Shown: in pieces, positions 1 to 13,324 of the stretch
How the letters are laid out: every line of letters starts with the position of its first letter
How positions within the stretch are numbered: the stretch's first letter is position 1
Position numbers and translations under genes: made by a program
The notes under the pieces: model-generated
Told to the model about the DNA's origin: nothing
What the model saw: the letters and a program-made list of their open reading frames with translations, nothing else
Database searches by the model: none
NCBI GenBank assembly: GCA_951406725.2
Contig: OX597834.1
Location: 18,414,001 to 18,478,000, forward strand
Origin: Octopus vulgaris
Lineage: Eukaryota
Direction: 5' to 3'
Length of the DNA stretch: 64,000 bases

Positions 1-784
1 ATGTGAAAAGTGAGTAATCTTCAATAGAATTTCTTAATTTGTCGTACATGTATATTTTAGCTAACATTTTAATTGCCAGCCCGGTACGAATTTAAGATAT
101 GGTACGGTAGGGTAAGGTATTTCAAATGAGGAGAGTGATTGATGCAGAAGGAGAAGTGGCTAAAGGGGGTCGATGTAGAAAGAGAAGTGGCTAAAGGAGG
201 TCGATTGTCGAAAAAGTTTGGCGTAGATCATCCTTTGTTGGATGGTAATCTGAAGCAAATATTATTAGCCAAAACATTCAATCTGGCCAAAGAAGGCAAA
301 GAAAACAAACGGAATTGAAACTAGTAAGAATTGATTATAAATTACAATGGGAAATTAATTTGATGACAAATTAGGACATGTTTCAGTCATCTTAGACCTC
401 ATCTCCGAAAAATAGTCTAAGCCATAGTACCAGATCTTAAATAACTTTAGATGAATATATAGAGGAGTTTCGTTAATTAACACGGATGGCATAATGGGGC
501 GCGGTGGGGGGGAATTCCCGGAGCATCTGTCACATGGTAAATAATGGCACATTAACCATTTCTTCCGTCTTTTCGAATGATTTTTTTTGTTTGATTTGTA
601 GCAACCCTCCTCACTTGGCTAAACTTGTAGGAGTATCAGTTTAATGTTGTCAACTTGACCATAAAACAGGCTGCATTGGATTGCATGTTACCAGTAACGC
701 TCACATGTGACCTGTCATACATACATACATACATACATCTCTCTCTCTCTCTTTGATTCCTTTTCCCCTTTTTTCTCTCTCTCC

Positions 785-1205
785 TCTCACGTGACCGCCG
801 GTCGACTAGCCTCTCGGCTTCTGAGCACCGCCACGACAACATCGATTTCTTCGTCTGCCGTAAGGCATTATTTTCCAAATACGCCAGCTAAGCTAAGTTG
901 AACTGTCTAAAGTCGTAAGACACCTGCTGTTTTTTGTCCTGTTATTACTATTATTGTTTTTTGTATTTATATTCGTGTGGCATCGTCCGTTTTTTTGTCC
1001 TTGTTTCGTATACATTCGATCCTTTTTCCAAGAAATCTAATGCTCGTAGCTTAGTTTTTCCTTGGGGCTGGCCGGATCGGAGCGATCTCAAGATTAATCA
1101 GCCGAAATTGCGAGGATGATCCGGCTCTTGACTGAAGATTAGAGGCTTTTTGTGTCGTCTATTTGAGTGCTTTGCGTTCTTGTCCCAATTTTGTATTTTT
1201 ATATA
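785..1205. mobile_element. Unclassified repeat-like segment between microsatellites (possible LTR/pLTR fragment)
   Basis: Distinct composition, internal stem GCCGGATC...GATCCGGC, T-rich end running into (TACA)n; no coding motif. Class is a guess. Confidence 0.25.
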
Positions 1206-1212
1206 TATTTTT

Positions 1213-1350
1213 TATACATACATACATACATACATACATACATACATACATACATACATACATACATACATACATACATACATACGTACGTACGTACGTA
1301 CAAACATACATACATACATGCACATATACATAAATACATGCATACGTACA
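1213..1350. repeat. (TACA)n microsatellite
   Basis: Visible tandem repeat. Confidence 0.95.
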
Positions 1351-1625
1351 TCGTCACAAGTATAGTGATGTACTTAATTTATTTTTAAAAAATTAGGTCA
1401 CTCATGCATTTTCTCCATCATAGAAAAAGTTGTATAGTGAATGGCCACCAGAATTCTGTTTCGAATTAATATTTTCGTATGAGATAAAGAAACATACTTA
1501 TTGAATAAGATAATGAGTTTCACATTTATTTGACATTTTCAAAGAAAAAAAAAATGATTAAAAGGAAATAACAATTATAAGAATTATTGCAGATCGCTCT
1601 TTAAGAGTATTAAGGAAAAAAAATT

Positions 1626-1810
<185 letters not shown>

Positions 1811-1901
1811 GACTCACTCACACGCATGCACGTACACACGCAAGCACATATACAGATAGATAAATAGATACGTACATACGTATACACGTGCCGTCGAGTG
1901 G

Positions 1902-2025
1902 AAGCCTTCTTCTATCATACTCTCAATTTTGGTCAACTTGCACCGCAGGGTCTCGGAGGAGATAGTGTTAGTTGAAGGCAACCAAACCTGTCACACACAG
2001 ACAACTTCAGCTTTATATATATAGA
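1902..2025 (-). mobile_element. 5' fragment of non-autonomous Helitron (same family as 51613-52012)
   Basis: Near-identical to ~51883-52012 (AAGCCTTCTTCTATCATACTCTCAATTTTGGTCAACTTG...); retains the 5' TC terminus on the minus strand. Confidence 0.75.
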
Positions 2026-2689
2026 TGTAGCGAGCATTAATTACTCAACGGGAATGCAATATTTTAATGTACTTGATGAAAGCTACCCAGAAATATTTAA
2101 ACTATTCGATGAATAATCACAAACTAGAACAGTTTTTTGCTAATAATTTCCTGCAATTTCCTGCTAATAATACAGCTTATTGGTGTTGTTGTTTAAACCA
2201 AATTTCCCTTTCATCGAGCAGGAATATGATGAAATGCATTCTAATCGCGACCATCTTATGTTCCCATGTGCGAGGAACACAGGAATCCACCTTTCTTCTT
2301 GTGTCCACAAAGGGGTGGTGAAAGGATTAGTAGGATCACGATTAGAATTCTTTCATTTTAACCTCCTCGTGTAACCGTTTCCGACTGACAGAGAAGGGGG
2401 GGAGAGGGAGAATAGGAGTGGGGTTCGTGGCTACTTTATACAAACTGGAGAAATAGAACTCAGTTCATAAATAAGAGTATATTATTTTATTCATAACCGA
2501 GACGTACATCAATGATTCAAGATCCTAAAGTTTTGTGCAGAAGCACTTGTTAAAATGGATTGTTTGGTAAGTACTTCGGTGCAGAACCCTAAACCCTTTG
2601 CATCATGGGTATAGCTGTTTGTGAACGAAATGATAACGGTTTCTGATTTAGGCACAAAGCCAGTAGTTATTGAGCGGAGTGAATTAGTC

Positions 2690-3260
2690 GATATCATCGA
2701 CCACTGCATTTACCTTCTACTTTATTTTATCGATCTCGAAAGGATTGAAAGTTAAGTTGATCTTGGCGGAAATCGAATTCAGAATGTAAAGAGGCAGAAA
2801 AAGAAATCGCAATGCATTTTTTTTTATCATCGCTCTAATGGGTCTGTTACTCCACCGTCCTTACAACAACAATAATAATGGTTTCAAATTTTGCCACAAG
2901 GGCCGCATTGTTTTTTTTTGTTTTTTTTTGTTTTGGTGGAGGCGAGATGAGTCAATTACATAGACCCCAGTATTCGACTGGTACTTATTTTATCGACCCT
3001 GAAAGGATGAAAGGCAAAGTCGACCTCAGCAGAATTTCAACTCAGAACGTAAAGACGGATGAAATGTCGCTAAGCATTTTGCACGGCGTGCTAACGATTC
3101 TGCTAACTCATCGCCTTGGTTTCAAATTTTGTCACAAGGCCAAGAATTTTAGTGGGAGTCGATTGCAGTAACCTTAGCTCGTAATTGGCACTTTATCGCC
3201 CTCGGAGGGGGTGAAAGTCAAAGTTGACTTCGGCGAGATTTGAACCCAGGACATAGTGCA
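2690..3260 (-). mobile_element. Cluster of SINE family A copies and fragments
   Basis: Repeated GAAAGGATGAAAGGCAAAGTCGACCTC-like central domain shared with full copies elsewhere in the window. Confidence 0.85.
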
Positions 3261-4021
3261 CCGGAACGAATTCTACAATGTTAGTGCGATAGAGGTGCAA
3301 ACGCATAGACACACGCAAACTCTCTCTCTCTCACACACACCACACACGCACGCACGCACGCACTGACGCACTCACGCACGCACGCACGCACTGACGCACG
3401 CACGCACGCACGCACGCACTGACGCACGCACACACGGTATCGAAATTAAATATATTTGTGTCTATTTTCATTTTGGTCTTGTCTGCGCTGGTCTGTTTGT
3501 CCTTCTTTCTCTTTTTCTCCCCGTCTGGGCCTGTATGTACTTGTTCAACAATACATTGTCCTTATGGCCATATGTGCATACGCATGTTAGCGTGTGTTCA
3601 CAGATGCATGACCGCCTGCGCGCGTGCACACACGCATACGTAACACACGTATCATAAATGTGTGTATATGCGCACGCACATTTATTATATACGGTTTGAC
3701 TCTTTATTAAAGAATCTCTCAGTTGGTCAATATTGAATGTTTACGACTGGAATGTGCCTATGTGTGAACATGCCCCTTCCGTTGCCCGTTTGTTGCTGTG
3801 TGTATGAATATGCAGGCTGTATATGCATACTGCTATGTGGCACGTTGTTGCTACTACTGCACGTCGGTAAATAACACACTGTAAGAATCGTAACAATCTC
3901 TGAGAGCAGACAACCGGCGAGTGAGCCGGCGGCATTCTTTGACTCAGTTTTGCAATTGATTTGTGTAGTTTTATGCGGGAAAGGGTGGCATATAAGTGTG
4001 CGTTTGTGTGTGTGTGTGTGT

Positions 4022-4064
<43 letters not shown>

Positions 4065-4340
4065 CAAGCATGCATGTGTGCACGTGGTATATGTGTGGAA
4101 TGTCTATGTATAATCTGTTTCAATGTTTATATTGTTTGAGAGTCTATTTGTCTGTGTATTGCGTCTCTGTCTGTCTGTCTACCTCTCTCACTTCCTCACT
4201 CTCACTCTCTCACCCGCGAGCGCGTGTTTTTATGAACGAATGTATGTGTGCGTGCGTGTGTCTGTGTGTGTGTTTGTGTGCGTGTGTGTGTGTATGTGTG
4301 TGTATGTGTGCGTGTGTATGTGTGTGTGTGTCTATGCGCG

Positions 4341-4630
4341 TATGTGAGTGTGAGAATGTGTGTGTTTATATATGTGTCTGAGTGTGTTTATACACACACA
4401 CACACTCAAAGACATACACATAAACATACAACCCACACACATATATGTATGACTGTATGTATGTGTGTGTGTGCGTGTGTGTGTCTGTGTGCGTATGTGA
4501 GTGTGAGAATGTGTGTGTTTATATATGTGTCTCAGTGTGTTTATATACACGCACACACACTCAAAGATATACACATAAACATACAACCCACTCACATATA
4601 TGTATGAATGTATGTATGTGTGTGTGTGTG
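4341..4630. repeat. Two-copy tandem duplication (period ~153 bp) in a degenerate (GT)/(CA) field
   Basis: TATGTGAGTGTGAGAATG...CATAAACATACAACCCAC starts at 4341 and 4494. Confidence 0.85.
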
Positions 4631-4701
4631 TGCATGGGTATGCGTTGTGTGTTACAATCTTTGCACGTCCTTCTCTCTCTTTCCCTCTCCCTCATTCTCC
4701 A

Positions 4702-4765
<64 letters not shown>

Positions 4766-4918
4766 AGCGTGTGTCGTCGCGCGTGCACGATCATATACAA
4801 GTATTTCTTCCGCGTGTGTTTGTAAATCTATCAGTCTCCGAAGATTAGAATTGCGTACGCGTGTAGTAATCTCATGTGTTTGTAGGTTTGCATTTTAGTC
4901 GGTGAATATACGTATTAT

Positions 4919-4951
<33 letters not shown>

Positions 4952-5329
4952 AGTATACATGTATTTGTACATGTATTTGTAACATGTGAGCGTGTATTTT
5001 ATAGGTACGTTTGTAAATATTATATGAATAACTGTGTGAACTCTCGCAACAGAATACATCAATTTATTATTTAGTAATTACAGCCGGATGAATCTTTTAG
5101 ACAAGATCCCAGCGGATATTTGTGTAAGTATACATACACATATAGACTTACATATGTTTGTATGTGTGTGTGAGTAGCAGCAACATTACCACAGACAGAT
5201 ATATATCTAGATGGCCATAAGGCTGGAGTAACAATAACAAAATAACAAAAATATCGGGTTGTTTATGTCTAAACGTTCCGTGTAGATTATGAATACAGTT
5301 CACGTATGTGTGGATATGCATATTGTTTT

Positions 5330-5480
5330 CTATTCTAGGTACAAGTCCCGAAATTTTTGAAGATGGGGCCAGTCGATTAGATCGACTCCAGTACGCAACT
5401 GGTACTTAATTTATCGAAAGGATAAAAAAGCAAAAATCGACCTCGGCGGAATTTGAACTCAGAACATAAATTCAGACGAA
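5330..5480 (-). mobile_element. SINE family A fragment
   Basis: CGACCTCGGCGGAATTTGAACTCAGAAC motif. Confidence 0.8.
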
Positions 5481-5990
5481 ATATGTGAATATGCATTATT
5501 AGTCGTGTGATTGTGTGTTTGTGCGTTGTGTGTGTTGTGTTGTGTAGGGGTGGGTGGGTAAATGGGGGTGAGGTAGGGGTGGATGGGGAGGTGCGTGCTC
5601 GTGCGCAGGTATTTCTATGCCCGCGCTCGTGTTCGTGCCAGTATGAGCATATGGATATGTATATGTATGGTTGTATGGCTGTGTGTTCAGTCACGAACAA
5701 TAACAAATACAGTGGATAAAATTATGGAAGAAATCGTGTCATGTCATTTTTGTGTTTACGTTTATGCATATACGTTCATTTGTAAGTTTGTTGCAAATAA
5801 GTGGTTTTATATGTATTTATGTGTGTCTATGCATGTATACATGTATGCACGTGTGAATATATGTACTTATTTAGGTTTCCTTTCGTGGGCGTGCAGCAAC
5901 AACAACGACGATAACAACAACAAAAGATATAGCAGCAACAGCAGGAGTAGGCATTTATATCATAAATACATAATGGATGAGTGTGTGTGT

Positions 5991-6480
5991 GAGGGTCCAT
6001 GGCCTAGTGGTTCGGCGAGCTGGCAGAAACGTTAGCACGTCGGGCAAAATGCTTAGCGGTATTTCGTCTGCCATTACGTTGTGAGTTCAAATTCCGCCGA
6101 GGTCGACTTTACCTTTCATCCTTTCGGGGTCGATAAATTAAGTACCAGTTACGCACTGGGGTCGATGTAATCGACTTAATACCTATGTCTGTCCTTGTTT
6201 GTCCCTTCTATGTTTAGCCCCTTGTGGGTAATAAAGAAATGGGTTCGGGTGTTTGCACTCACGATCTAACGATCGTGATTTCAATTCCTAGACCGGGTGG
6301 GGCGTTGTGTTCTTGAGCAAAACACACACCTGACGCGTGGTACATACTGCACCTGTTCAAGCAACCTTGATTTGATGGAGAGAGTGAGGTAATGTGCGGC
6401 ACGAGCATTTGATCACTATAAACAAATCATTTGTGCAGTTCGTTCAGCAGAAGCTGAATATTCATACGTGATGTTCAGAA
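5991..6480 (+). mobile_element. Older tRNA-derived SINE (family B-related head) interrupted by SINE A
   Basis: A-box TGGCCTAGTGGTT, then after the insert TTCAATTCCTAGACCGGG...GCGTTGTGTTCTTGAGCAAAACAC. Confidence 0.7.
6014..6240 (+). mobile_element. SINE family A (tRNA-like head, Meta-domain-like centre)
   Basis: A-box-like TGGCAGAAACG, B-box GAGTTCAAATTCC, centre GTCGACTTTACCTTTCATCCTTTCGGGGTCGATAAATTAAGTACC (resembles the MetaSINE domain, from recall); GGTTCGG repeated at the flanks. Confidence 0.9.
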
Positions 6481-7111
6481 AAGACTATGCGTAATTAACT
6501 TCCTAATTAGTCACGGACCCACACATTTTCATTGATTGTACTTGATCCTGATGCTGAAACTTTTTTTTTTTTAATATCAGTTGTTACCTGCAATAAAACA
6601 AAGAAATTAATGAGTATTAATAAAGGAAATGGGCGTGGGGTGGGGAGTATTGCAAAACGTCAATAATATCCAAAGGCCAATGTTTGTTTTCTTTCAACTA
6701 TTGACTGTTCGAGGATGATAAAGTTGAAAGCATTCGTCCATTATGACACGCTGTGAGATCGAACCTGGAAACACGTAGTTGCGAAGCGCTCTTACACAAA
6801 CACACACACACACACACACACAATGTATGTATGTATGTATGTATGCGGAGAGAGGGAGAGAAGGGGAGAGAGAAAGGTGAGTGTGTGTGAGGTCTCATTG
6901 TATGGTTGCGTATGTTTATTAGGCCTGGATTAAACAGTAAACAATATAAGCACGTGCTTAGGGCATCAAGTACGGCATCTACACAGGTGCCATTGCTAAA
7001 TTAAGTTTTCCTTTTTAATGGATAAAAATATATTGAAAATTTGTAGCCTTTCTGTTGTCCCAGTTATAAGTAAGCTTATGCTGCTTACTGCTATTTACTG
7101 ATAGATAAAAT

Positions 7112-7201
<90 letters not shown>

Positions 7202-7204
7202 AAG
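7112..7204. repeat. (TAA)n-(GAA)n compound microsatellite
   Basis: Visible. Confidence 0.95.
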
Positions 7205-7423
7205 GTTGGGATTTTGTCTGGTCTCGATTAAAACTTAAATGAAATGTATTATTCCTATTCAACACTTTGAATGTGTCTTGTCAGTTGAAGGGGAGAGGAA
7301 CATCTTTGTTAGGTGGTGCTTAAGGCATCAGTTGGCCCTAATCTGGCTCTGATGTTTTTTTATATACACACACGCACATACATGAGCGCTCACGCACACA
7401 CAGACATAAACACGTGTGCCCAG

Positions 7424-7447
7424 TACATACATACATACATACATACA

Positions 7448-7481
<34 letters not shown>

Positions 7482-7584
7482 CATACATACATACATACAT
7501 ACATACATACGTATGCACACATAAACACACAAACGCGCACCCACACGCACACACACACACGTAAGCACGCACACATCACACGCA

Positions 7585-7675
<91 letters not shown>
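7424..7675. repeat. (TACA)n and (CA)n microsatellites
   Basis: Visible. Confidence 0.95.
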
Positions 7676-7756
7676 GTTGTAATTACGAGGTCAAATCAAA
7701 TAGTGGATATTCTCAGATCATTGTTGCATACGTACGTTTCAAACGTTTGAAATGTT

Positions 7757-7820
7757 TTCACTGAGGAAGATGTATGTATTTTCTCTTTTATATAGTACAA
7801 ACCTGAAACACACGTATTAA
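7757..7820 (+). ncRNA. Degenerate type I hammerhead ribozyme within inverted repeat 7676-7865
   Basis: TTCA CTGAGGA AG...CT GAAA CACACG TA TTAA; the inverted partner arm reads GAAACGTACGTA on the minus strand. Confidence 0.5.
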
Positions 7821-8324
7821 ATGATTTCAAAATATCATCATTTGGTTTGATTTCATAATTACAACCTATACGACTCGGTACCCGTACAAACTCGCTGGTC
7901 TAAACTCCACTTATGCTTTAACAACGAACTGGAGTAGTTTGTTACAATTGACTCGAGGTCGAAAATTCTTGTATCGTGCACTACACTGCTTCTTAGCGTA
8001 ACGTGAAATATATAGGAATATATTACATACATAAATGCATGCGTGCGTGCGTGCCACACCACCCACACACCCATCCCCACATCTCCACACCCACACATAC
8101 ATACACACACACGTCCAGACCACCAGCCCTCTTTCACACGCACATACATACTCTCTTATACACACACGCACCTTTGTGTTGGGGCACTTTCGTATTGGAA
8201 GTCACTTGACCCTCTTATCTCCCCTACTGTCCCTCTCGCGTCTGACCACTGTCCAAAGTCAGGACGCCATGATAGATCGTTAGCTCCTACACGCACTTTT
8301 TCTCTCCTTGTTTTTTTCTGTGTA

Positions 8325-8362
8325 TCTTTCTGTCGAAGAGCGTAGGCTCGAAACGTAAAAGA
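8325..8362 (+). ncRNA. Minimal hammerhead variant (Penelope type) with core substitution CUGUCGA
   Basis: TCTTT CTGTCGA A GAGC GTAG GCTC GAAA CG TA AAAGA: 5 bp stem I, 4 bp stem II, ACGT palindromic stem III. Confidence 0.6.
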
Positions 8363-8509
8363 CTTTTTCTGTTTCTATTCCTGAGCGCTATACTAATACA
8401 TTTGTTTGTTTGTACTCCACCTGCCTTCGTCTTTTGTTTCTTTTCGTAAACTTTCCCGTTATGTATGTATACATATATAAGTTAATATATGTATAAGTTT
8501 ACATGTAAG

Positions 8510-8665
8510 TTTATCCCGTAAACTAGTGGTCCGGCAAACGGTGAAGGAAATAATAAGTATCAGGCTTTAAAAGAAGTACTGGGCTCGATTTGTTCAACTA
8601 AATGCTTCAAAGCGGTGTCCCTGAACGGCTCTGGTCCAATGACTGAAACAAGTCAAAGATAAAAC
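8510..8665 (+). mobile_element. SINE family C 3' fragment
   Basis: Similar to ~23390-23545 (GCGGTG...AATGACTGAAACAAGT). Confidence 0.7.
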
Positions 8666-8709
8666 ACAGAATGATGTATGTGTGTGGTGGTGGTGGTGGT
8701 GGTGGTGGT

Positions 8710-8745
<36 letters not shown>

Positions 8746-9499
8746 CCAATAACTTTTCATAAGTCAGAAAAAAAAAACTGGAAATGAAGATTACTTGAAA
8801 ATGCAGAGTTTACCTCAACAGCTGTAGGAGTGCAGACTTCGTAGAGAACAGGATTATATTAAAGGATTTTCACCACCCAGAGGCCTATCTGAAGTTTAAA
8901 AGGGAGATATCTTCCCCTTGTCCTCACGAATGGAAATATATCTTTTTCAATTGGTTGGTTCCATCCTAACAGAAAGGTTTGATTCTTCGTATATTAATAG
9001 AATTTATTTCCCTCATATTTAGTACATACACATTCAGACATATACACGAGCATATATAACCGCTAAAAACCACCCCACCTCCTCTCTACCTCTCGTACTT
9101 CTCACTCTCTTCACCTCACCCTTACACCCTCTTCATCGCAGAATCACTTATACAAAGTACTAAGGTGGACAATTACCACTTGAATGCTTATCTGAAGGTC
9201 AAGAGCTAATGGTGACCACTGTGAGCAACTTAAGTCTGGACTTAAGAGCCAGTTGTTTTTTGTACTGAATTTTCACTGTGTTTTTCATTCAAGGGTTTCG
9301 TTACGTTTTTTTTAAATAAACATCTCTGAGAGCCACAAACGAGAGGTGATGGTTTCGGGCCTCCTGTAATGAAGAACCCATGCTAAGTTCTTCTATTCAG
9401 CCATATCTGATGATTGTTGATTTATCTTTCAACACTTGGAAGATTCTTCAACATGAAGCCATTCGGTAACATGAATTGGTTTTGAATTTTATCTCATAT

Positions 9500-9552
<53 letters not shown>

Positions 9553-10184
9553 GCATTTGTGTGTGCCTGTGTTTGTATTTGTATGCTTGTGCGTTGTGTA
9601 TGTGTTTGTGCATGCATTAATATGTACATGTGTGTTTGTAATTGTAGTTGTATATGTATATGTGTGTACGATTTTCCATTCTACTTTTTACTTAATAAAC
9701 CTTTGTACTTTTATTACTTTACTTACTTTATATCTACTCCCCGAACTAATATTTATATGCATTGAGCTATGCCCCTTGGAGTATTTTTAACATTGCATGT
9801 CATACTGGAAGCTTTTGGATATATTTATATATGTAATTTTTCTCGAGATCAATTTCGTTTAGCGTCCAAAAATTGCTTAGATTTGAACTGGGAATAAAAC
9901 TTGATGTAACGATGTATTATCCTAAGCAGACTACATCATATTGTATACTTGTATACATACATGGACACACGCACGTTTGTGTATGTGCATATTTATACGT
10001 CCGTGTGTATATGTGTGTGTCTATACATGTATGCCTTGTTACTCCTTTATATACTTGAGTGTGCATGGGTTTGAAGGAGTGCATACCTATTTGTTTTCAT
10101 AAACAATAGTTTATGTGAAGTCTGTATGTTTCAGTGCCATTCTTGTTGTAATCCAAACGTCTGAATATGCATGCATACCTGTAT

Positions 10185-10375
<191 letters not shown>

Positions 10376-10699
10376 GACATATATACGTATATAAAGAAAA
10401 ATAGCATGATAACGTTTGCCCTATTGAGGGGAAGTTGGAATGTGTGCATGTATTTAGATATGTACATACTCTTTTTATGTATTTTTACTGTAGAGGTAGG
10501 CCGAAAAAAATGGAAATATGCGAATTACCCTTTTAAATGCATCTATCTATATGTTTCATCAAATCAATGAATGATGCATTGTAGGAAACCATTTTTGTGT
10601 AGCGAAAGATGTTAATTAGTAATAAAAGAACTCAATTTAGTTGTAAATTATTTCAGTTATAGAATTTTTCGAATCTATTAAAAAGACACAAAGAATCTT

Positions 10700-12450
10700 T
10701 AAAGCATGAAAGGTATGAACATAAAGCATTGTAAATTAAGTATAATAAAAGTGAAAATTAATTTTAGTGCAAACAATCGATTAATCAGTATGTAACTTGA
10801 GGATTTTCTTTGCTTAGTAGCTTCTCAGTACTGGGTGTCAGACTTGCTGATGCCAATAGCAAAACATTATCCACATGGGTATCAATCAGTTTTGTCATTA
10901 TAGTGTTCTTGAAGTGCTTTGGCTATAAAAATAATTACTCATCCTGATAACTACTGTCAAACAATAATGAAATATTTTTGCATGAATATCTAATTTAGAA
11001 TATTTCCCATTTAGATTATTAAATTTTCTATAGCAGTTAAGCACTAACACATCTTCAGAATGAAATTTTGATATCAATATGTTGTCACACTGCACCTCAG
11101 TCAATTTCATTTGATAATTTTCTGATACCAAGTCTACTTCTAGGAGATTTATTTTTTTCTTTTGAAACTGGTATTCCTCTCAAAATGCACCTTTCCTTAA
11201 ATACCACATTATGGCCATGCAACTCGTGTACCAGATGATTTTTCTTGAGGTTGTTAATTCAGTTATTTAAATGAGATGTAATGTTCACAAGAAATACAAA
11301 GTTGCAAGTCAGCCAGGATCACAAAAATGTAAAGAATCCATATAATTACAATGTACCCGGACTGCACATGTTACACAAGTACTCAACAAAGCTAGCATAC
11401 ATTGCAAAAATAAGCCGAATCCCCATTTTGCAGCTCAGTGACCAGCAAAAATTGCTGAAACTGCCGATTATCTAATCCTTGAGATTGGATCAGATTCAGT
11501 ACCTTCACCATAGAATGCGTAATATTCCTTAATTTCAAAAATTTGTTACATAATGCCAGTTGATTAATAAACGTGATTCATTTTGACCTGTTCCTGTGTG
11601 ATCTGAAGACTTTTCGTTCGTTCTTGTAGCCATGCGTCGATGCTTTTCTTCTGTTCCACTATTGTACTGATGTGATTTAGATTTTGTACATCAAATTGCA
11701 TTTCTATTATCATGCTCAACAAAATTTACAAATATCTGTTTCAGTAATCGTATCATTCATAGGAATTAATCGAATAAACTCTTCAAATGTTTGAAAATAT
11801 AAGGTCAATCTCAGTACAAATCTTACAAGTTGAGCAATAATGTCTCTCAACTCTGCACTCTCATCAAGCGGGCATTTGAAAAAGAAAAAAAAAAAACGGC
11901 GGTTCTATACAAGTAACCCTCGAACAAATTTTAACATCTCACATTTTTAAAAATTCATTGTATGCTAGTCCTCATAGACAGGTTAACTACAAATAAACAT
12001 TTCTTTTCAAGCAAAGACAAATAATATCCATCGCTGCCAATAAATATTCTGTGATAAACTCTCCTTTGATGCAAAGCTTCATTAGTTTTGCTACACGTTT
12101 AAGACTTCGTAGTTGACATGAATATTTCTTTCTTTCCACAGCTCTCCCTAGCAAAAAGTGATATCAGTTTTAGGAAACTAGCCTTCTGTCGTTCTACTAA
12201 ATCGTTTCTTGCCTGCGGGTCACGAAATGTTTGTTGCCTGATATTCGTCACCTTCACAGTAACATTTTCTATGCAAATTAAACAAACTAGTTTCTCAGTG
12301 TTTAATGAAGAACAAGTATCTTGAAAATTTTGGTACTTTGCATTTAACTTCCTGTATTGTAAATTCATTGCCATGGGAATGTTTTCCTTCCATTTTATTT
12401 CGAAACTCGAGTTATTCAACAAATATCGGAGCATGTTAACTTCTCTCATC
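10700..12450 (-). pseudogene. Decayed hAT transposase (Charlie/SPIN/GTF2IRD2-like)
   Basis: ORF 12099-12449 contains LVCLICIENVTVK; minus strand ~11830-11875 reads PLDESAELRDIIAQL (cf. ALDESTD..D.AQL); many stops and frameshifts; boundaries approximate. Confidence 0.7.
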
Positions 12451-12989
12451 CATGTGATATCTCTGTAATTTCAAGAGATATGATAAATCGTTGATACACT
12501 ATTAGTGCATGATCTGTCCTCTGAATGCCTTTTAAACCATCAAATTCGAGGGTGCTTTACTAGACAGCATAGAAAACGAGTTGATTGGTCCTAAATATTC
12601 CTTGCAAATCACTTGCATATCATATTGTGGAATTTTGTTAGCACAAAAGTGCTAGCAAAATATCTTACTAGAATGAATAATAATTTCTTCTTCGGGCAGA
12701 TTATTTAGTGTTTCTATTTTTGTCGACAAATTTTAACAATCTTACTTGAAAATATGTGCTCGCTCATAGATTATCTGCTTCCTATTATGAGTGTATATGT
12801 GTGTGTGTGTGTGTGTGTGCATAAGTAGGTTTTTAGTGTAAATGTAGAAATTACGTTTTTGATCTTTTAGCTTGTTTTAGCTCTCATGGCAAATGTCATG
12901 CTGGTGTACCGCCTACATGTGAATGTATGTGTGATTTGTAACCTCTACACGTGTGCCTTTCCGCGAATGATGATGATGTTGTGAATGAG

Positions 12990-13190
12990 CCCCATATCAA
13001 CTTTCATCGATCTGATCTATGGTCAAAGCATTCTAACCACGATCATCCTACATTTTTTAATATCTAGGACTACATTGTTCAATGTACCTTTCCTTTATAT
13101 AAGACAATAAGGTGTGATCTGAATAAAACTTGACTACTGTGTCTCTGGAGGTTTTGCTACTGCGTAGAGGTTCCTCATGGGGTTGTATCT
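12990..13190. mobile_element. Dispersed repeat family D (unclassified); related copies near 18460-18720, 21160-21270, 33590-33790, 34310-34490, 38230-38440, 41310-41420, 52940-53120, 54700-54880, 55380-55680
   Basis: Shared motifs CAATGTAGTCCTAG / GGGATGGTC(A/G)TGGCTGGAATG / AAATCACACC in both orientations. Confidence 0.65.
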
Positions 13191-13324
13191 CTATGTGCGT
13201 GCTGTATATGTATTTATGCTTTACTGTGTATTGTATGTTTTGCAGTCGTGTCTACATGTGAAGCAAATACCTTTATAGGTGGTCCGCCTGTGTATAGAGT
13301 GAACGTAGATATGCGTAGTGTAAA

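Noticed and set aside
1445-1495. Minus strand GAAA followed by palindrome CAGAATTCTG
   Set aside because: No recognisable CUGANGA and wrong base at the U16.1 position.
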